A stretch of 64,000 bases of DNA from an uncultured Verrucomicrobiae bacterium (GTDB lineage Bacteria; Verrucomicrobiota; Verrucomicrobiia; Chthoniobacterales; UBA10450): positions 1,120,001 to 1,184,000 of the forward strand of contig CAVTMK010000002.1 in assembly GCA_963735805.1 (NCBI GenBank), given 5' to 3'. How positions within the stretch are numbered: position 1 is the first letter of the stretch; each line of letters opens with the position of its first letter. The translations under genes and the position numbers were made by a program. The notes below the pieces were generated by a model. It saw only the letters and a program-made list of their open reading frames with translations, did no database searches and was not told the origin of the DNA. Of the stretch, positions 42,504 through 53,504 are shown in pieces.

Positions 42504-43301
42504 TTACAGAAAATAGTTTCGCTGTTTTTCGCTGATTGGTTTTTCCAGTCGCTCGAGCACTTGCATCATGTCTTCCCAGACTTTCCGCTTCTCAGAGAGC
42601 GACTGGTTCCGCAGAAGGTAGGCAGGATGATAAGTAATCATCAATGGGGTTTCGTTGTATGAATGCCAGCGGCCGCGTAATTCTCGCATCGTTCCTCGTG
42701 CGCCAAGGAGACCCTCGACAGCAACTGCGCCCAGCGCGACCAACACTTTCGGTTGAATAATGTCGATCTGCTCGGCCAGGTAGGGGCGGCACATTTGCAT
42801 TTCTGCCGGCGTCGGTGCGCGGTTTCCGAATGAGCCAGGCGGCATGTCCGGCCGGCATTTGAGGATGTTCGCGATGTAAACCTCCTCCCGCGCGAAGCCC
42901 ATCGCTTTGATAATTTTCGTTAACAACTGTCCGGCGCGGCCGACGAATGGTTCTCCTTGCTGGTCCTCATCCGCGCCAGGCGCTTCGCCGATAAACATGA
43001 TTTCGGCGTCAGGATTACCAACGCCAAAGACGGTTTGAGTGCGCGAGTTGGCGAGATGAGCGCATTTTGTGCAACCGCAAACGCGGTCGCGAACGGACGC
43101 AAGGATTTGCGCTTTGTTAGAGATAGTTTGTTGTCTCTGTCGTTCCGAGGGTGACGAGCGCGCTTCCCGGAAAAACGTGGCTGCAGGATATGCGGATTGC
43201 AATCGTTCCAGCGCGCGTCTCGACGCGCACGGGGCGCGGTCAGTTGTCTCTCGAAGTTTTTCCAGCTCAGCAATAACGAGGTCGAAGGCCGGCTGGATCA
43301 T
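42504..43301 (-). CDS. Uracil-DNA glycosylase, family 4 (Fe-S)
   Basis: [29 protein letters not shown] and TYHPAYLLR. Confidence 0.93.
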   Translation of the reverse strand: MIQPAFDLVIAELEKLRETTDRAPCASRRALERLQSAYPAATFFREARSSPSERQRQQTISNKAQILASVRDRVCGCTKCAHLANSRTQTVFGVGNPDAEIMFIGEAPGADEDQQGEPFVGRAGQLLTKIIKAMGFAREEVYIANILKCRPDMPPGSFGNRAPTPAEMQMCRPYLAEQIDIIQPKVLVALGAVAVEGLLGARGTMRELRGRWHSYNETPLMITYHPAYLLRNQSLSEKRKVWEDMMQVLERLEKPISEKQRNYFL

Positions 43302-43397
43302 TGCACACGATCATCCGAAATTTTGCGCGCCACTGCAATTTCTTTGTAGAAACCGCAGGAAATGAGTTCCGGAGGCGAGCAGGCTTCCGAGCTTCTC

Positions 43398-43479
43398 TTG
43401 TAGCCGCGCGCTGACCGCGGTGGGTCCGTATTTGGCAGGGCTGTGGGGGAGTGCCCGGGGTCAGCGACCCCGGCTACAA
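43398..43479. repeat. GTAG REP-like palindrome (TGTAGCCG...GCTGACC / GGTCAGC...CGGCTACA)
   Basis: ttgtagccgcgcgctgacc and ggtcagcgaccccggctacaa are inverted arms. Confidence 0.7.
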
Positions 43480-43499
43480 CATGAGATTCACACGCGGCG

Positions 43500-44213
43500 C
43501 TAGGAGTTGCGCGCGCTTAGCCATTGCAAGGCGAAGCGCGCGACTTCACGAGAGTTTTTTAGATCAAGTTTGTCTTTGATGTGCGACCGATGGGTCTCCA
43601 CGGTTTTTGGGCTAAGATGCAATAACTTCGCAATTTCGCGGACATCCTTGCCTTTGCCGATCAATTCCAAAATCTCGAGTTCGCGATCACTGAGCCTCTC
43701 CACCGCGTCGGTCTCGTCTCCGGGTTCGCGATGCGCGAATTTCGTGATGACCTGCGCTGCCATGGCTGGGCTGAGATAGGGACGCCCGTTAAACACTTCG
43801 TGAATTGCGTGGATCACATTGGCCATGGCCTCGTGTTTCATCACATAGCCTTCCGCTCCGGCCCGCAGTGCGCGTAAAGCGTAAAGCGATTCATCATGCA
43901 TTGAGAGCACCAAAACGGGTAACCTCGAAAATTCTGCTCGGATGTTTTTAATAAGCTCAATACCATTAGCGCCCGGCAAACTGAGATCGACAATTGCGAG
44001 GTCTGGGTTCAGCTTTCGGATTACTTCCATCCCTTCGGCGGCGGTGCCAGCTTCGCCACAGATCGCAAAACTGTCGTCAGAATTAATCAATTGCTCGAGG
44101 CCTTTTCGAAATAGCGGGTGATCATCGACGATGACAATTCGTTTTGCCTGCGGCAGGTCGCATTTCGGATTCTGGTTGGTCGATTTGGCGTCTTTCATTT
44201 TAGTCACGACCAT
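43500..44213 (-). CDS. NarL/LuxR-family response regulator
   Basis: IVDDHPLFR, VDLSLP, LSMH, and HTH LSDRELE...SPKTVETHR. Confidence 0.95.
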   Translation of the reverse strand: MVVTKMKDAKSTNQNPKCDLPQAKRIVIVDDHPLFRKGLEQLINSDDSFAICGEAGTAAEGMEVIRKLNPDLAIVDLSLPGANGIELIKNIRAEFSRLPVLVLSMHDESLYALRALRAGAEGYVMKHEAMANVIHAIHEVFNGRPYLSPAMAAQVITKFAHREPGDETDAVERLSDRELEILELIGKGKDVREIAKLLHLSPKTVETHRSHIKDKLDLKNSREVARFALQWLSARNS

Positions 44214-44334
44214 TCTCCGTTCGGATCGAACTGACTTAAAACGGATTTCCATTTTGTCGGGATTTCTGTGTGGCGTGTCATCTTATGCCCTTAATTACCA
44301 TACGCTGCTCGGCAGGGTGTCCGATGCAGGAAAT

Positions 44335-47300
44335 TTAGATTAGGGTGGTCAAAGATTTCGTGAGTTTCGCCGACAAATGCTCTGGGACACGTTTCTTTCT
44401 CTTATCTGATTCGACTGTTCCGTTGGGCAAATAACAGGCCACACGGGTGCCGCCTTTTTCCGGAGATTCGACTTCCAAGTGTCCTCCCATCAGGCGCGCG
44501 CGATAATTCATGATGTGAAAGCCAAGCCCTCGCGCACCGTTTCCAGCTTTGCGAACTCCGACGCCATCATCGGTTATGCTCAGGACCATTTGCCTTTGCC
44601 CGGATCGCTCTAGTTTGACCACTATCTGCCGCGCTTGGGCATGCTTGTTAGCATTGATCACTGCTTCGCGCGCGATGCGATACAGATGTGCCGCAGCCGT
44701 GTCGTCAGTGAGATGAAATGACGGTTTGACTTCCAAACGACACGGCGTTCTCCACATCTCACGGTCGACCAAATCTTCCAAAGCTTCTACAAGTCCGGCC
44801 GCATCTACATCGAAGCGATGCAGAGCGCGGGAAAGATTTCGGGTATCGGTTGCGGCGTTATTCACCAGCTCCGCGATTTTTTCGATATCTTTCACCTCGA
44901 TGACTCGATGATTTTTTAATCGCAGCCCGATCGATCGGGCCATGAACGCGACTGCCGTGAGATGCTGGCAAATCCCATCATGCAGTTCCTGGGCGAGTCG
45001 TTGTTGTTCGCGATCGCTGACCTCGAGGATTTCACCCTCCAAGCCCTTCCGTCGTTCGATCTCGCCTTTCAATTCGGCGTTTACGACGGTTAACGCTTTC
45101 GTGCGTTGATCTACCAGTTTTTCCAGCGCTTCGTTCGATTGTTGCAGGGCCTCTTCCACTTTCTTGCGGGCCGTGATATCGACGATCACTGCTACGGTTG
45201 ATTGGGCGTTGCCGCTCGGTTCGCGCACTACGTTCGCGCTGACGTCCGCCCACAAAACGGAGCCGTCTTTGCGGACATAACGCTTTTCGAGTTCGAACGA
45301 TTTGCCGACCTGGACCATGCGCTGAAAAAGACGCATGGTTTTTTCCAAGTCGTCGCGGTACGTCACGTCCGCAACACTCCTGCCGATCAGCTCCGATTCT
45401 GTGTAACCTAGCATTTTACAAAGCGTTCGATTGGCAAAGACAATTCGACCATTCGTATCGCAGCGTGCCACGCCCGCCGTCGCTTGCTCCACGGTTGCGC
45501 GCAAGCGCGCTTCCGATTCGCGCAATGCTTCTTCGTCGCGTTTCTGTTCAATCGCTTGGGCAACCTGGGTGGCAATCGTGGTCGCCAATTTCAACTCCTC
45601 CTCAGTAAACACATGTGGCACATCATAATAGGCCATGAATTTGCCGATCAATTTCTGACTGCTGACCAAAGGAATGAATGCGGCCGCGCGAATACCTTCG
45701 CGACGAATGGTTGATTTCAAGCGCTTCGGAATATCGGCAATATCGACATCGTCAATGCAAACGGGCTTGGGATTTTTTGCATCCGGTTTCCATGGCGAAT
45801 GACCTTCCACCGCCTTGCGATATCTCTCTGACAAACCGCGCCAGGCGGCGAAGCGCATCACGTTCTCGTTATTGAAAAGCAAAATCGACGCGCGCTGGCA
45901 TTCCATAGCGGAAAGAATCGCATCCATCGACGCGTCATGAATTTCGCCGACGCTGGTGGCCATGTTTTGCCGTTGAGCAAATTGATATACTGCCCGTTGT
46001 TGTCGCTGTACGTGTTTGCGCGCGGTGATGTCAGTGTTGGTTTCGAGAATTGACGGCGGTCGTCTGCTTACATTCCGGTCCAACCTCCACCGCGAAAAGA
46101 CGGTAACAGCTTTGCCGTCCTTTCGTATATGAACCAATTCACCTGACCACCGATCATCGCGCTCCAATTTTTCTCGAATCTCTTCTAAATTTTCGGGATG
46201 CGCCGTCTGTAGCAGCTCGTGCGTAATTTTTCCGAGCGCTTCTTTGGCCGAGAAACCGTACATTTCCTCCGCGCCGCGGTTCCAATAAATGATCCGGTCT
46301 TGATAATCCCGGACGATGATTGCGTCGTAGGTCAAATTAAGGAGCCGCGCCTGTTCAGCCAGGCGTCGTTCCGTTTGTTTTCGGTTGGTGATATCGCGAG
46401 CGATTTTTGAAACCCCGACAATTTCTCCTTTCGGGCCTTTGATCGGCGAAATCGTCAACGAAACATCGATCAACTGTCCATCCTTCCGGCGACGAACGGT
46501 TTCGTAGTGATCTAATGATTCACCACGACGAATTTTTGTCAGAATCTCCTGTTCTTCACTTTGCCGGTGTTTGGGAATCAGAGTCAGGACCGATTTACCG
46601 ATGATCTCTTTTGGCTTGTATCCAAAGATCCGCTCGGCACTTTGGTTCCAGTCGGTGATGATTCCATTCAAAGTTTTTGCCGCGACCGCGTCGCGGGAGG
46701 ATTGAACTACCGCGGCCAGGCGCATGGCCGCCGCCTCTGCGCGCTTGCGCTCAGTGATGTCAAAAAGGGAATTGATTGCGCCGGTGATTGCGCCGTGAAG
46801 GTTTCTAAGAATTCGCGGAGCCGGGATCACGTGTCTCCGCTCGCCATCCGGACGTTCGATAACAATTTCCAAATCTTCCGCTTTCAGTTTTTCGCCGCGT
46901 AAAGCCCGTGCCATGGGGCACTCTTCGTGCGGCATCGATCGCCCGTCGGGATAATAGATTTTGTGGGAGCCGCAGAATCTCGGCTTTTCTCCATTTTGGC
47001 CGGGTTCGCCTCCCCACAATTCAACGGCGCGACGATTGTATTCTCGGATGACGCCGTTTGCATCGCACGTATAGATCGCGACCGGTACCAGATCGAATAG
47101 GTTGCGGTAGCGCTCTTCTGATCGCTGGATCGTTTCTTCAAAATGTTTACGCTCGGAAAGATCGATGATCGCAGTTTGATAAAGCAGGACGCCATTTCTT
47201 GTTGTAGAGGTGATCGGCGTGCTTAGAAGTTGGGCGGGGATCAGTTCGCGTTTTCTGTTCTTTAACTGCAATTTCGTTTTCACCTGTCGCTGTGACGTGC

Positions 47301-47784
47301 GGCAGGAAAGCAGGTGCTGCATGAACAAATCCAAATCAGCGACATAGAACGCAAAGGGGCGTCCGATGAGCCGATCCCTCGGTTCGCCCAGCAGCTCAGT
47401 CGCCGTGAGATTGGCTTCCTCAATTCGCCCGGTCCGGCCGAAGCTGACATACGCGATCGGCCCGAAATCGTAAAGATCGGCAAATCGCTGAGTGGCGGCT
47501 TCCAGTTCAGTCTTCGGACTTCGGATTGCTCCGTTGCGCGTGGAGCGAATCACGGTCTGTTTCTTAGCAGCATTCTGCTTTGCGGGTTTGAACAAGAATT
47601 TTCGCGGTCCACGGGGCATTTTTCGTATTGTTTTCGAGGAGACCAAAATCGATTTGCGATTGTCCCGAGGGACGGCTGGACTGCTGTGGCGAGTACGCTT
47701 GAGCCGGCGCTTCTTATTTATGCGATGAGACATTTTTTGTCCGGTTCTCTGCTTTGGATGCATCGCTTTTCTTCGTTCCATCAA
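44335..47784 (-). CDS. Multi-PAS/GAF sensor histidine kinase (HisKA_3); start uncertain
   Basis: Several PAS-PAC repeats ending DITxRK, a GAF, LAQELHDG, EAVINANKH, DDGVG and GLG. Confidence 0.92.
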   Translation of the reverse strand: MMERRKAMHPKQRTGQKMSHRINKKRRLKRTRHSSPAVPRDNRKSILVSSKTIRKMPRGPRKFLFKPAKQNAAKKQTVIRSTRNGAIRSPKTELEAATQRFADLYDFGPIAYVSFGRTGRIEEANLTATELLGEPRDRLIGRPFAFYVADLDLFMQHLLSCRTSQRQVKTKLQLKNRKRELIPAQLLSTPITSTTRNGVLLYQTAIIDLSERKHFEETIQRSEERYRNLFDLVPVAIYTCDANGVIREYNRRAVELWGGEPGQNGEKPRFCGSHKIYYPDGRSMPHEECPMARALRGEKLKAEDLEIVIERPDGERRHVIPAPRILRNLHGAITGAINSLFDITERKRAEAAAMRLAAVVQSSRDAVAAKTLNGIITDWNQSAERIFGYKPKEIIGKSVLTLIPKHRQSEEQEILTKIRRGESLDHYETVRRRKDGQLIDVSLTISPIKGPKGEIVGVSKIARDITNRKQTERRLAEQARLLNLTYDAIIVRDYQDRIIYWNRGAEEMYGFSAKEALGKITHELLQTAHPENLEEIREKLERDDRWSGELVHIRKDGKAVTVFSRWRLDRNVSRRPPSILETNTDITARKHVQRQQRAVYQFAQRQNMATSVGEIHDASMDAILSAMECQRASILLFNNENVMRFAAWRGLSERYRKAVEGHSPWKPDAKNPKPVCIDDVDIADIPKRLKSTIRREGIRAAAFIPLVSSQKLIGKFMAYYDVPHVFTEEELKLATTIATQVAQAIEQKRDEEALRESEARLRATVEQATAGVARCDTNGRIVFANRTLCKMLGYTESELIGRSVADVTYRDDLEKTMRLFQRMVQVGKSFELEKRYVRKDGSVLWADVSANVVREPSGNAQSTVAVIVDITARKKVEEALQQSNEALEKLVDQRTKALTVVNAELKGEIERRKGLEGEILEVSDREQQRLAQELHDGICQHLTAVAFMARSIGLRLKNHRVIEVKDIEKIAELVNNAATDTRNLSRALHRFDVDAAGLVEALEDLVDREMWRTPCRLEVKPSFHLTDDTAAAHLYRIAREAVINANKHAQARQIVVKLERSGQRQMVLSITDDGVGVRKAGNGARGLGFHIMNYRARLMGGHLEVESPEKGGTRVACYLPNGTVESDKRKKRVPEHLSAKLTKSLTTLI

Positions 47785-50383
47785 TATCCACCAGAGTGAG
47801 AACGGCGCCGTCGATTTTGTTGTCAGTTGTGCGATACGGCCGGACCCGGAGCGAATACACGCGGCCTTCCTTACCGGTCACTCTCCGCTCGCGCGTGCTA
47901 AGCGTGTCGATTACGTCGCGCAGGATATTTTCCAGGTCGGGAACATCAATGTTCGGCCGCAGCTGTCCTAACGGCCGACCTATGTCGGTCGGCAAAATAT
48001 TAAAGGCTTCGCGGGCCGCCGGGGTTGCGCGTCGCACCGTCAGTGCATTATCCACCATCACGATTGGCATTTGAATGCTGGCGAGCAGATTTTTCAGCTC
48101 ATTGGTCATCTGCATCATCTCAAGATTGCGGTTGCTCAGCTCTTCGTTCAGCGTGGTCAACTCTTCGTTGGTTGACTGTAATTCTTCCTTGGCAGTCTCC
48201 AATTCTTCGTTCGTAGATTGCAGCTCTTCGTTGCTCGACTCGATTTCTTCATTGGCCGCTTTTAACTCTTCATTGGTTGCTTCCTGCTCTTCAATGATTG
48301 CTTGCAACGATACTTTCGAAACGGCCAATTCCCGGCGCAGATCAGACACTTCATATTGTACTGATGTTTTTCCAAGAATGCGTGGCAACCTCTCCCGTTT
48401 GGCTCCCCGTGTGCTCTCGTCAAAAATCACCAGAAGCCAGGATTTGTCAGACCCGGGAACCTTGAATGGTACTGCCTGAATATTGATCTCGTAGTCTTTG
48501 CCTCGGAGCGTAACTTTCGCCCGCTCTGTCCGGGCAGGTTTGTCCGTTTTGATGGCGCGACGAATCGTGGCCCGCAGGTCCGGAACCAGATGCGACCGCG
48601 CTAATTGAAGGAGATTCAACGTCGCTGGCCCGGGCGTGTGCTCGAGAAACAAGTCGGTGCGGCCACGGAACTGTTGCACATGGAGGTCCTGATCAATTAC
48701 GACGGCCGCCGGCGCGTAGGTGCCGAGGATGATACGATCCGCCATTTTCAGAATGTCTGCGTTGAAAGTTGCGCCGGTAACAGCCCGAGCTGTCGGTTCG
48801 AACCGGGACAATTCAAGACCGCCCTGTGGAAGGAAATTAGCGGCGAGGGGACCAGTCCTGGCTTCCTTGGTATAAATTTTATTTTTCTTGTCTACGATTT
48901 TGAAAAGCTCTTCGTACATTCCCACTGATTCGGCCGGCCCCAGGATCAGGTAGCCGCCAGGATTGAGCGCGTAGTGAAACTGGGGGATGCAACGCTTGTG
49001 CAACTCCGGACTTAGATAGATGAGCACGTTGCGGCAGCTGATCAGATCAAGTCGCGAGAATGGCGGATCTGCTGTGATGTTTTGTCGCGCGAACGTGCAG
49101 ATGTCGCGCACGTTGCGGTGGATCTGGTAGGACCCATCGCGCTTGACGAAAAACCGATTGAGTCGCGCCTTCGACACATCTTTCTCAACCGCCCCCGGAT
49201 AAATTCCCGCACGCGCATGCTCGATTACTGATTCGCTCAAGTCGGTACCAAAAATCTGGACACGGATTTTGGAGAGTTGGCTGCCAAGCACTTCGAGAAT
49301 GCAAATGGCGAGGGAATAAACCTCTTCACCAGTGGCGCAACCCGGTACCCAGACACGCAATTCCCGTTGTCGATTTTTCGTCTTGTTTTTGAGCAGCGCC
49401 GGCAGGAAACGTTTTTTCAAGGCTCGGAACAGTGCGTCATCGCGAAAGAAGCGCGTCACGTTGATGAGCAGGTCGCCAAAGAGCGCTTCAATCTCCTTTT
49501 TGTTGTTGCGCAAATATCGCGCGTACTGGCTCAGTTTTTCGAGCCGATGCAGCGCCATCCGCCGGTTCAGTCGCCGAATCAGCGTGGTTTGCTTATAAGC
49601 GCTGAAATCGACACCCATCTGTTTTTTCAGCGAAAGAAAAATCCGACCCAGGTCGTCGGCCTGACGGTAAGCTTCTTTTTCGACTTGCTCTGCATCGGCC
49701 AGTGAACGCCGGATGTATGGATGGTCAGAAACACTGCGGATTTCGCGCGCGATTGCGTCCGGCGGCAGGACAATATCGACGAAACCTGAACGAATGGCGC
49801 TGCGCGGCATTGCATCGAACTTTGCGCTGGCTTCAGTTTGCGCGAAGGTCAAACCGCCGGCCGCCTTGATCGCACGCAAACCGGCTGTTCCGTCGCTGCC
49901 GGTTCCAGAAAGCACGATCCCGATCGCCTGTGATCCGCATTCCTCGGCCAGGGATTCAAAAAAATGATCGATCGCCAGGTTGAGTCGCTGTGTGCGCCGG
50001 ACCAATGTCAGTTTACCATTCTTCGCGATCACGCATTTGTCCGGTGGCTGCACATAAACCTCGTTTGGTTTTGGAACAGTTGTTCCTGTAATCTCGCTGA
50101 CCGGCATCGACGTCGCTTTGCCGAGGAGATTTGGGAGCCGGCTGCCGTGATGCGGATCGAGATGCTGCACAATCACGAAGGCCATACCCGTTCTTGAGGG
50201 CAGATGGCGCAGTAACTCCATCGTCGCTTCAAATCCGCCGGCAGAACCCCCGATGCCTACAATTGGGCAACTTCCATCTTTGCCTTTTCCTGTGACGTAA
50301 GGATCCGCGCCTTGCGATTTTGTGCCGTGCTGGTTTCGCTTTTCGTGCGGCGCAGCGCTTTTGGCTTTTTTGCGCGGAGGCAT
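47714..50383 (-). CDS. CheB methylesterase-CheR methyltransferase-coiled coil-PAS fusion
   Basis: GGSAGG/QHL/GSDG triad, INVTRFFRD, GCATGEE, ISCRNVLIY, and a NEELQSTNEEL heptad tract. Confidence 0.92.
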   Translation of the reverse strand: MPPRKKAKSAAPHEKRNQHGTKSQGADPYVTGKGKDGSCPIVGIGGSAGGFEATMELLRHLPSRTGMAFVIVQHLDPHHGSRLPNLLGKATSMPVSEITGTTVPKPNEVYVQPPDKCVIAKNGKLTLVRRTQRLNLAIDHFFESLAEECGSQAIGIVLSGTGSDGTAGLRAIKAAGGLTFAQTEASAKFDAMPRSAIRSGFVDIVLPPDAIAREIRSVSDHPYIRRSLADAEQVEKEAYRQADDLGRIFLSLKKQMGVDFSAYKQTTLIRRLNRRMALHRLEKLSQYARYLRNNKKEIEALFGDLLINVTRFFRDDALFRALKKRFLPALLKNKTKNRQRELRVWVPGCATGEEVYSLAICILEVLGSQLSKIRVQIFGTDLSESVIEHARAGIYPGAVEKDVSKARLNRFFVKRDGSYQIHRNVRDICTFARQNITADPPFSRLDLISCRNVLIYLSPELHKRCIPQFHYALNPGGYLILGPAESVGMYEELFKIVDKKNKIYTKEARTGPLAANFLPQGGLELSRFEPTARAVTGATFNADILKMADRIILGTYAPAAVVIDQDLHVQQFRGRTDLFLEHTPGPATLNLLQLARSHLVPDLRATIRRAIKTDKPARTERAKVTLRGKDYEINIQAVPFKVPGSDKSWLLVIFDESTRGAKRERLPRILGKTSVQYEVSDLRRELAVSKVSLQAIIEEQEATNEELKAANEEIESSNEELQSTNEELETAKEELQSTNEELTTLNEELSNRNLEMMQMTNELKNLLASIQMPIVMVDNALTVRRATPAAREAFNILPTDIGRPLGQLRPNIDVPDLENILRDVIDTLSTRERRVTGKEGRVYSLRVRPYRTTDNKIDGAVLTLVDIDGTKKSDASKAENRTKNVSSHK

Positions 50384-50499
50384 CTGGTCTCGATCAATAA
50401 CCAATAATGGTTCGTTGTTAGGCTAGGATCAAAACACCAATGTTCAAACAATTACTCGGGGGCCGCTCGTTGGTGGACTGCCGCGTTGTGAGCACGTGA

Positions 50500-50772
50500 C
50501 TACCTGAGTCTCGAAAAGCTCGTAGGGTGAATGATCTTGGCTCGGCTACACCGACTAAGGGCGGCTACACGTTCTTCGATGAGATCACGCTTAACTTCCC
50601 AGTATTTCAACGATGAAATGAGGAGGCTGTATGTTGGTTCAAGTTGGCTGGTTTCGTCATCCGAAGCTGGGCTCCGTGATGCCTTGGAACACTTAGTCGA
50701 TTTTTGCAGCCTCTTTTTGGACTTAGATTTTCTCAAGCGTGCCCGCCTCATTCGTCCCACTCTCATCAACAA
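50500..50772 (-). CDS. Small basic hypothetical protein
   Basis: ORF fills the gap upstream of cheBR; no recognised motif. Confidence 0.3.
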   Translation of the reverse strand: MLMRVGRMRRARLRKSKSKKRLQKSTKCSKASRSPASDDETSQLEPTYSLLISSLKYWEVKRDLIEERVAALSRCSRAKIIHPTSFSRLR

Positions 50773-50885
50773 CGATTCTCCCTTCTCGTGAGTCCTTTTC
50801 TATTCAACTTTGGTTCGTCTCACGATGTAACACCGGTCGTGACAGCCTTGTTGCGGTGACTTGTGCGCGATCTTTCGAGAAGGTG

Positions 50886-51209
50886 TCAGGCGACCGCAGA
50901 GGACGTGCTCTGTGTCGTTTGATACTTGCCGATGATCTCGGCGGGCGGGCGTAACCCAGCCAAATATTGCGCGTCGAATGCGCGCAAGGCCGCTGTGACG
51001 CTGGGCCCAATGCCAATAATTCCTTCTTCAACACTTGGACCAAGGAGTGCGACCCAAAGGTCACCGCGGACAATTAATTGAGGCCGACGCACCGCCGCCG
51101 GGCTGCCAGGATGAGCCTGACAATAAAGTTCCATCTGTTCCATTGCCGCCACGGCATAGTCCATGACGCGCCCGCGGGAGGATCGAGCGTCGTTCTTCTT
51201 CATCCGCAT
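50886..51209 (-). CDS. Hypothetical protein, weak HicB-like motif
   Basis: WVALLG....GIIGIGPSVTAALRAF resembles the HicB G-x-T/S-x-x-x-A pattern. Confidence 0.55.
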   Translation of the reverse strand: MRMKKNDARSSRGRVMDYAVAAMEQMELYCQAHPGSPAAVRRPQLIVRGDLWVALLGPSVEEGIIGIGPSVTAALRAFDAQYLAGLRPPAEIIGKYQTTQSTSSAVA

Positions 51210-51352
51210 TTAGAACGCACCCGTATGCGGGAGTGGATGTGTGTTTTTTCCTCTATCGGTAGAAACGCTTCGCAATGTAAGGTTTTCACCGATACGTAAA
51301 TCCACCGTGCCCCTGATTGTGCGACGACTTGCCTTCGGCATATACGTCCTTT

Positions 51353-51727
51353 ATGGCAATGTCTCCTCCCGCTCCACTAACCGATGCAGACAAACTGAAC
51401 GTGCTGCGGACGCTCGATCAGTTCCGCGTGTGGCGTTCTCTGGATGACGAACGTTACTGCCTTGTTTGCGGCAGGATTATTACGGGCCGGCAAATTCAGG
51501 TAGCTGGTACAGGCGAAAACGGACCGCCCGGGCTGAGTTGTCCAACAGAGCAGTGTAACTCAATTCCAATGGATTGGGTGCTGCCTACGGACGAAATTCT
51601 GGCTGCGGCGAATGCTGCAGCGTCTAAAAAAAGCAGTGTTTCTCCGACGGCGGCCGATCACGCGGCAGCACAAGCCCCGACGTCGCAACTGAGCGAATTC
51701 GCGGCGCACTTCGAACAACCGTCCTGA
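51353..51727 (+). CDS. Hypothetical Cys4 (zinc-ribbon-like) protein, paralog A
   Basis: WRSLDDERYCLVC...GRQ...CPTEQC...W. Confidence 0.75.
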   Translation: MAMSPPAPLTDADKLNVLRTLDQFRVWRSLDDERYCLVCGRIITGRQIQVAGTGENGPPGLSCPTEQCNSIPMDWVLPTDEILAAANAAASKKSSVSPTAADHAAAQAPTSQLSEFAAHFEQPS

Positions 51728-51873
51728 CGCTGTCCTGCGAGTTCGAGCCCGAACGGACTCGCAAAGTTTCATTATCTCCGAGTGCAGAAGGAGGAATAAG
51801 GATTCCCCCGACTACTCAATCATCCAGCGTCCCGATTGTTTGCTCCGGCACAACGATCAGAATCTGTTCAGTT

Positions 51874-52200
51874 ATGATCGCTCACGTCAAACTCGACGAT
51901 CGACTATCGATTCTGCGCGCGGGAGATCGACTCAGGAGATGGAATTCGCTGGATGATCAGCGCATCTGCAGCGTTTGCGAGCGAAAATTTAAAGGTCGAC
52001 AAGTTGAGATCCGACGCTTCCCGGGCGGTAGATATAAACTGTATTGTCCCACTCTTGGATGTCCTTCAGCGGCTCATCAATGGTTTTATCCGCATGCATC
52101 GCTCGTTTCTGAGATGGCCGGGCACTTGTGGCGCGCTGGCAAACACCCGGCAGGCCGTCACATGAAGTCAGCGCCGCAGACACATGGCCACCGAGCGTGA
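51874..52200 (+). CDS. Hypothetical Cys4 (zinc-ribbon-like) protein, paralog B
   Basis: WNSLDDQRICSVC...GRQ...CPTLGC...W. Confidence 0.75.
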   Translation: MIAHVKLDDRLSILRAGDRLRRWNSLDDQRICSVCERKFKGRQVEIRRFPGGRYKLYCPTLGCPSAAHQWFYPHASLVSEMAGHLWRAGKHPAGRHMKSAPQTHGHRA

Positions 52201-52287
52201 GTGGATGCACTTTTGAGCAATTGAAAACGTTCCTGGCACTCCACGAAGCCCCGGTCTCGTCTTCAATTTTTCGCGAGCCCAGGAAAG

Positions 52288-52584
52288 ATGAGACAAATCA
52301 CAATAACTTTTAAAGAGGAAGCCAAAGGGCTCGTTGCCTGTAGCGTCGATTTCGGGAATCGAGATGAAGCAAGCGAGTTAGAAAACAGGCTGACCGACGC
52401 AAGCCAGACTTCGATTGCGACTGCGCTTAGAGGACTTCCTGCTCATCTGCTTGGAGAGGGGCATGGGACTACGGAACAAGAAGCGGAACAGTTGGCAAAA
52501 CTGGACTCGCAACCTTCTTTCGCGATAACAGCGATAATGGCAGAAAATCTTATGCGCGAACTGGATCCCTGCCACGTTGGATAG
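52288..52584 (+). CDS. Hypothetical protein
   Basis: ATG preceded by AGGAAAG; co-oriented with its neighbours. Confidence 0.5.
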   Translation: MRQITITFKEEAKGLVACSVDFGNRDEASELENRLTDASQTSIATALRGLPAHLLGEGHGTTEQEAEQLAKLDSQPSFAITAIMAENLMRELDPCHVG

Positions 52585-52754
52585 GATCACTTCTAGGATT
52601 TTATCTGACTACCCAATCATCCTGCGTCCCGATTGTTTGTTTTGAGGCAGTGCGCAGACTGCCTTTGCGATATGAACGCCAATTTCAAACGGGATAATCG
52701 GGTGTCGATCCTCCATGCGATGGAATCGATCACGCAAGCGGAGGGTTATGGAAT

Positions 52755-53354
52755 ATGATTGGGGCAAACCTTGATCAACCAGGAGTATCATCAGCGCCAG
52801 ATGAGACACTCATGAAAGCAGTTTCACACCGTCGTCATGACGCGCTTGCCGAGTTATATGGCCGGCATGGCAAGAGACTGCGGGCAACAATCGATGGCGT
52901 TGTTCACGAAGAGAGTGAAGCTGATGATGTATTGCAGGAAATCTTTATCCAGATTTGGAAAGAAGCGGACCGCTATTCACCCAAAGCCGGCAAGCCACTT
53001 GGATGGATGGTCACAATTGCACGTCGACGTGCCATCGATCGATTGCGGCGTCGGCAGGCTTATTCTCGCGTGCGGGAACGTTACCAAGAGCGCGAAGTCC
53101 AGCAGAGTTTCAACTCACCGCGCGAAGCAGATGATGTTTTTGTCTTGAATGATCTGCGTCACTTTCTCAAGCAATGCATGCGCGTGTTGCCTCGGCTTCA
53201 GCGAGAAGCCCTCGAGCTCGCTTTTTTCAAAGGGCTTAGTCATAGAGAAATTGCAGCCGCCACGCACGCTCCACTGGGAACGGTAAAAACTCGACTGGAG
53301 CTTGGTTTGCAGAAACTCACGCACACGCTAAGGCCGCTGCGGCATAAAGTTTGA
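52755..53354 (+). CDS. ECF sigma-70 factor (SigK-like)
   Basis: DDVLQEIFIQIW, W...IARRRAIDRLR and GLSHREIA....PLGTVKTR. Confidence 0.93.
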   Translation: MIGANLDQPGVSSAPDETLMKAVSHRRHDALAELYGRHGKRLRATIDGVVHEESEADDVLQEIFIQIWKEADRYSPKAGKPLGWMVTIARRRAIDRLRRRQAYSRVRERYQEREVQQSFNSPREADDVFVLNDLRHFLKQCMRVLPRLQREALELAFFKGLSHREIAAATHAPLGTVKTRLELGLQKLTHTLRPLRHKV

Positions 53355-53504
53355 GCTAAGTCACGTCAACGGTGGATCGGCTCTCCGAAGACGATGAGGA
53401 TAAATAGCCAAGGGCGCAAATAACAGCCGCCGGCCGCGCTACTTGCCCAGCGCCATTCTACCTAGTGACGCCAGGCAGAGCAGGCTGCAATTGCTGCGTA
53501 ATGC

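Noticed and set aside
47714..50383. CheB/CheR as evidence of chemotaxis
   Set aside because: Fused architecture, with no MCP, CheA, CheW or flagellar genes in the window.
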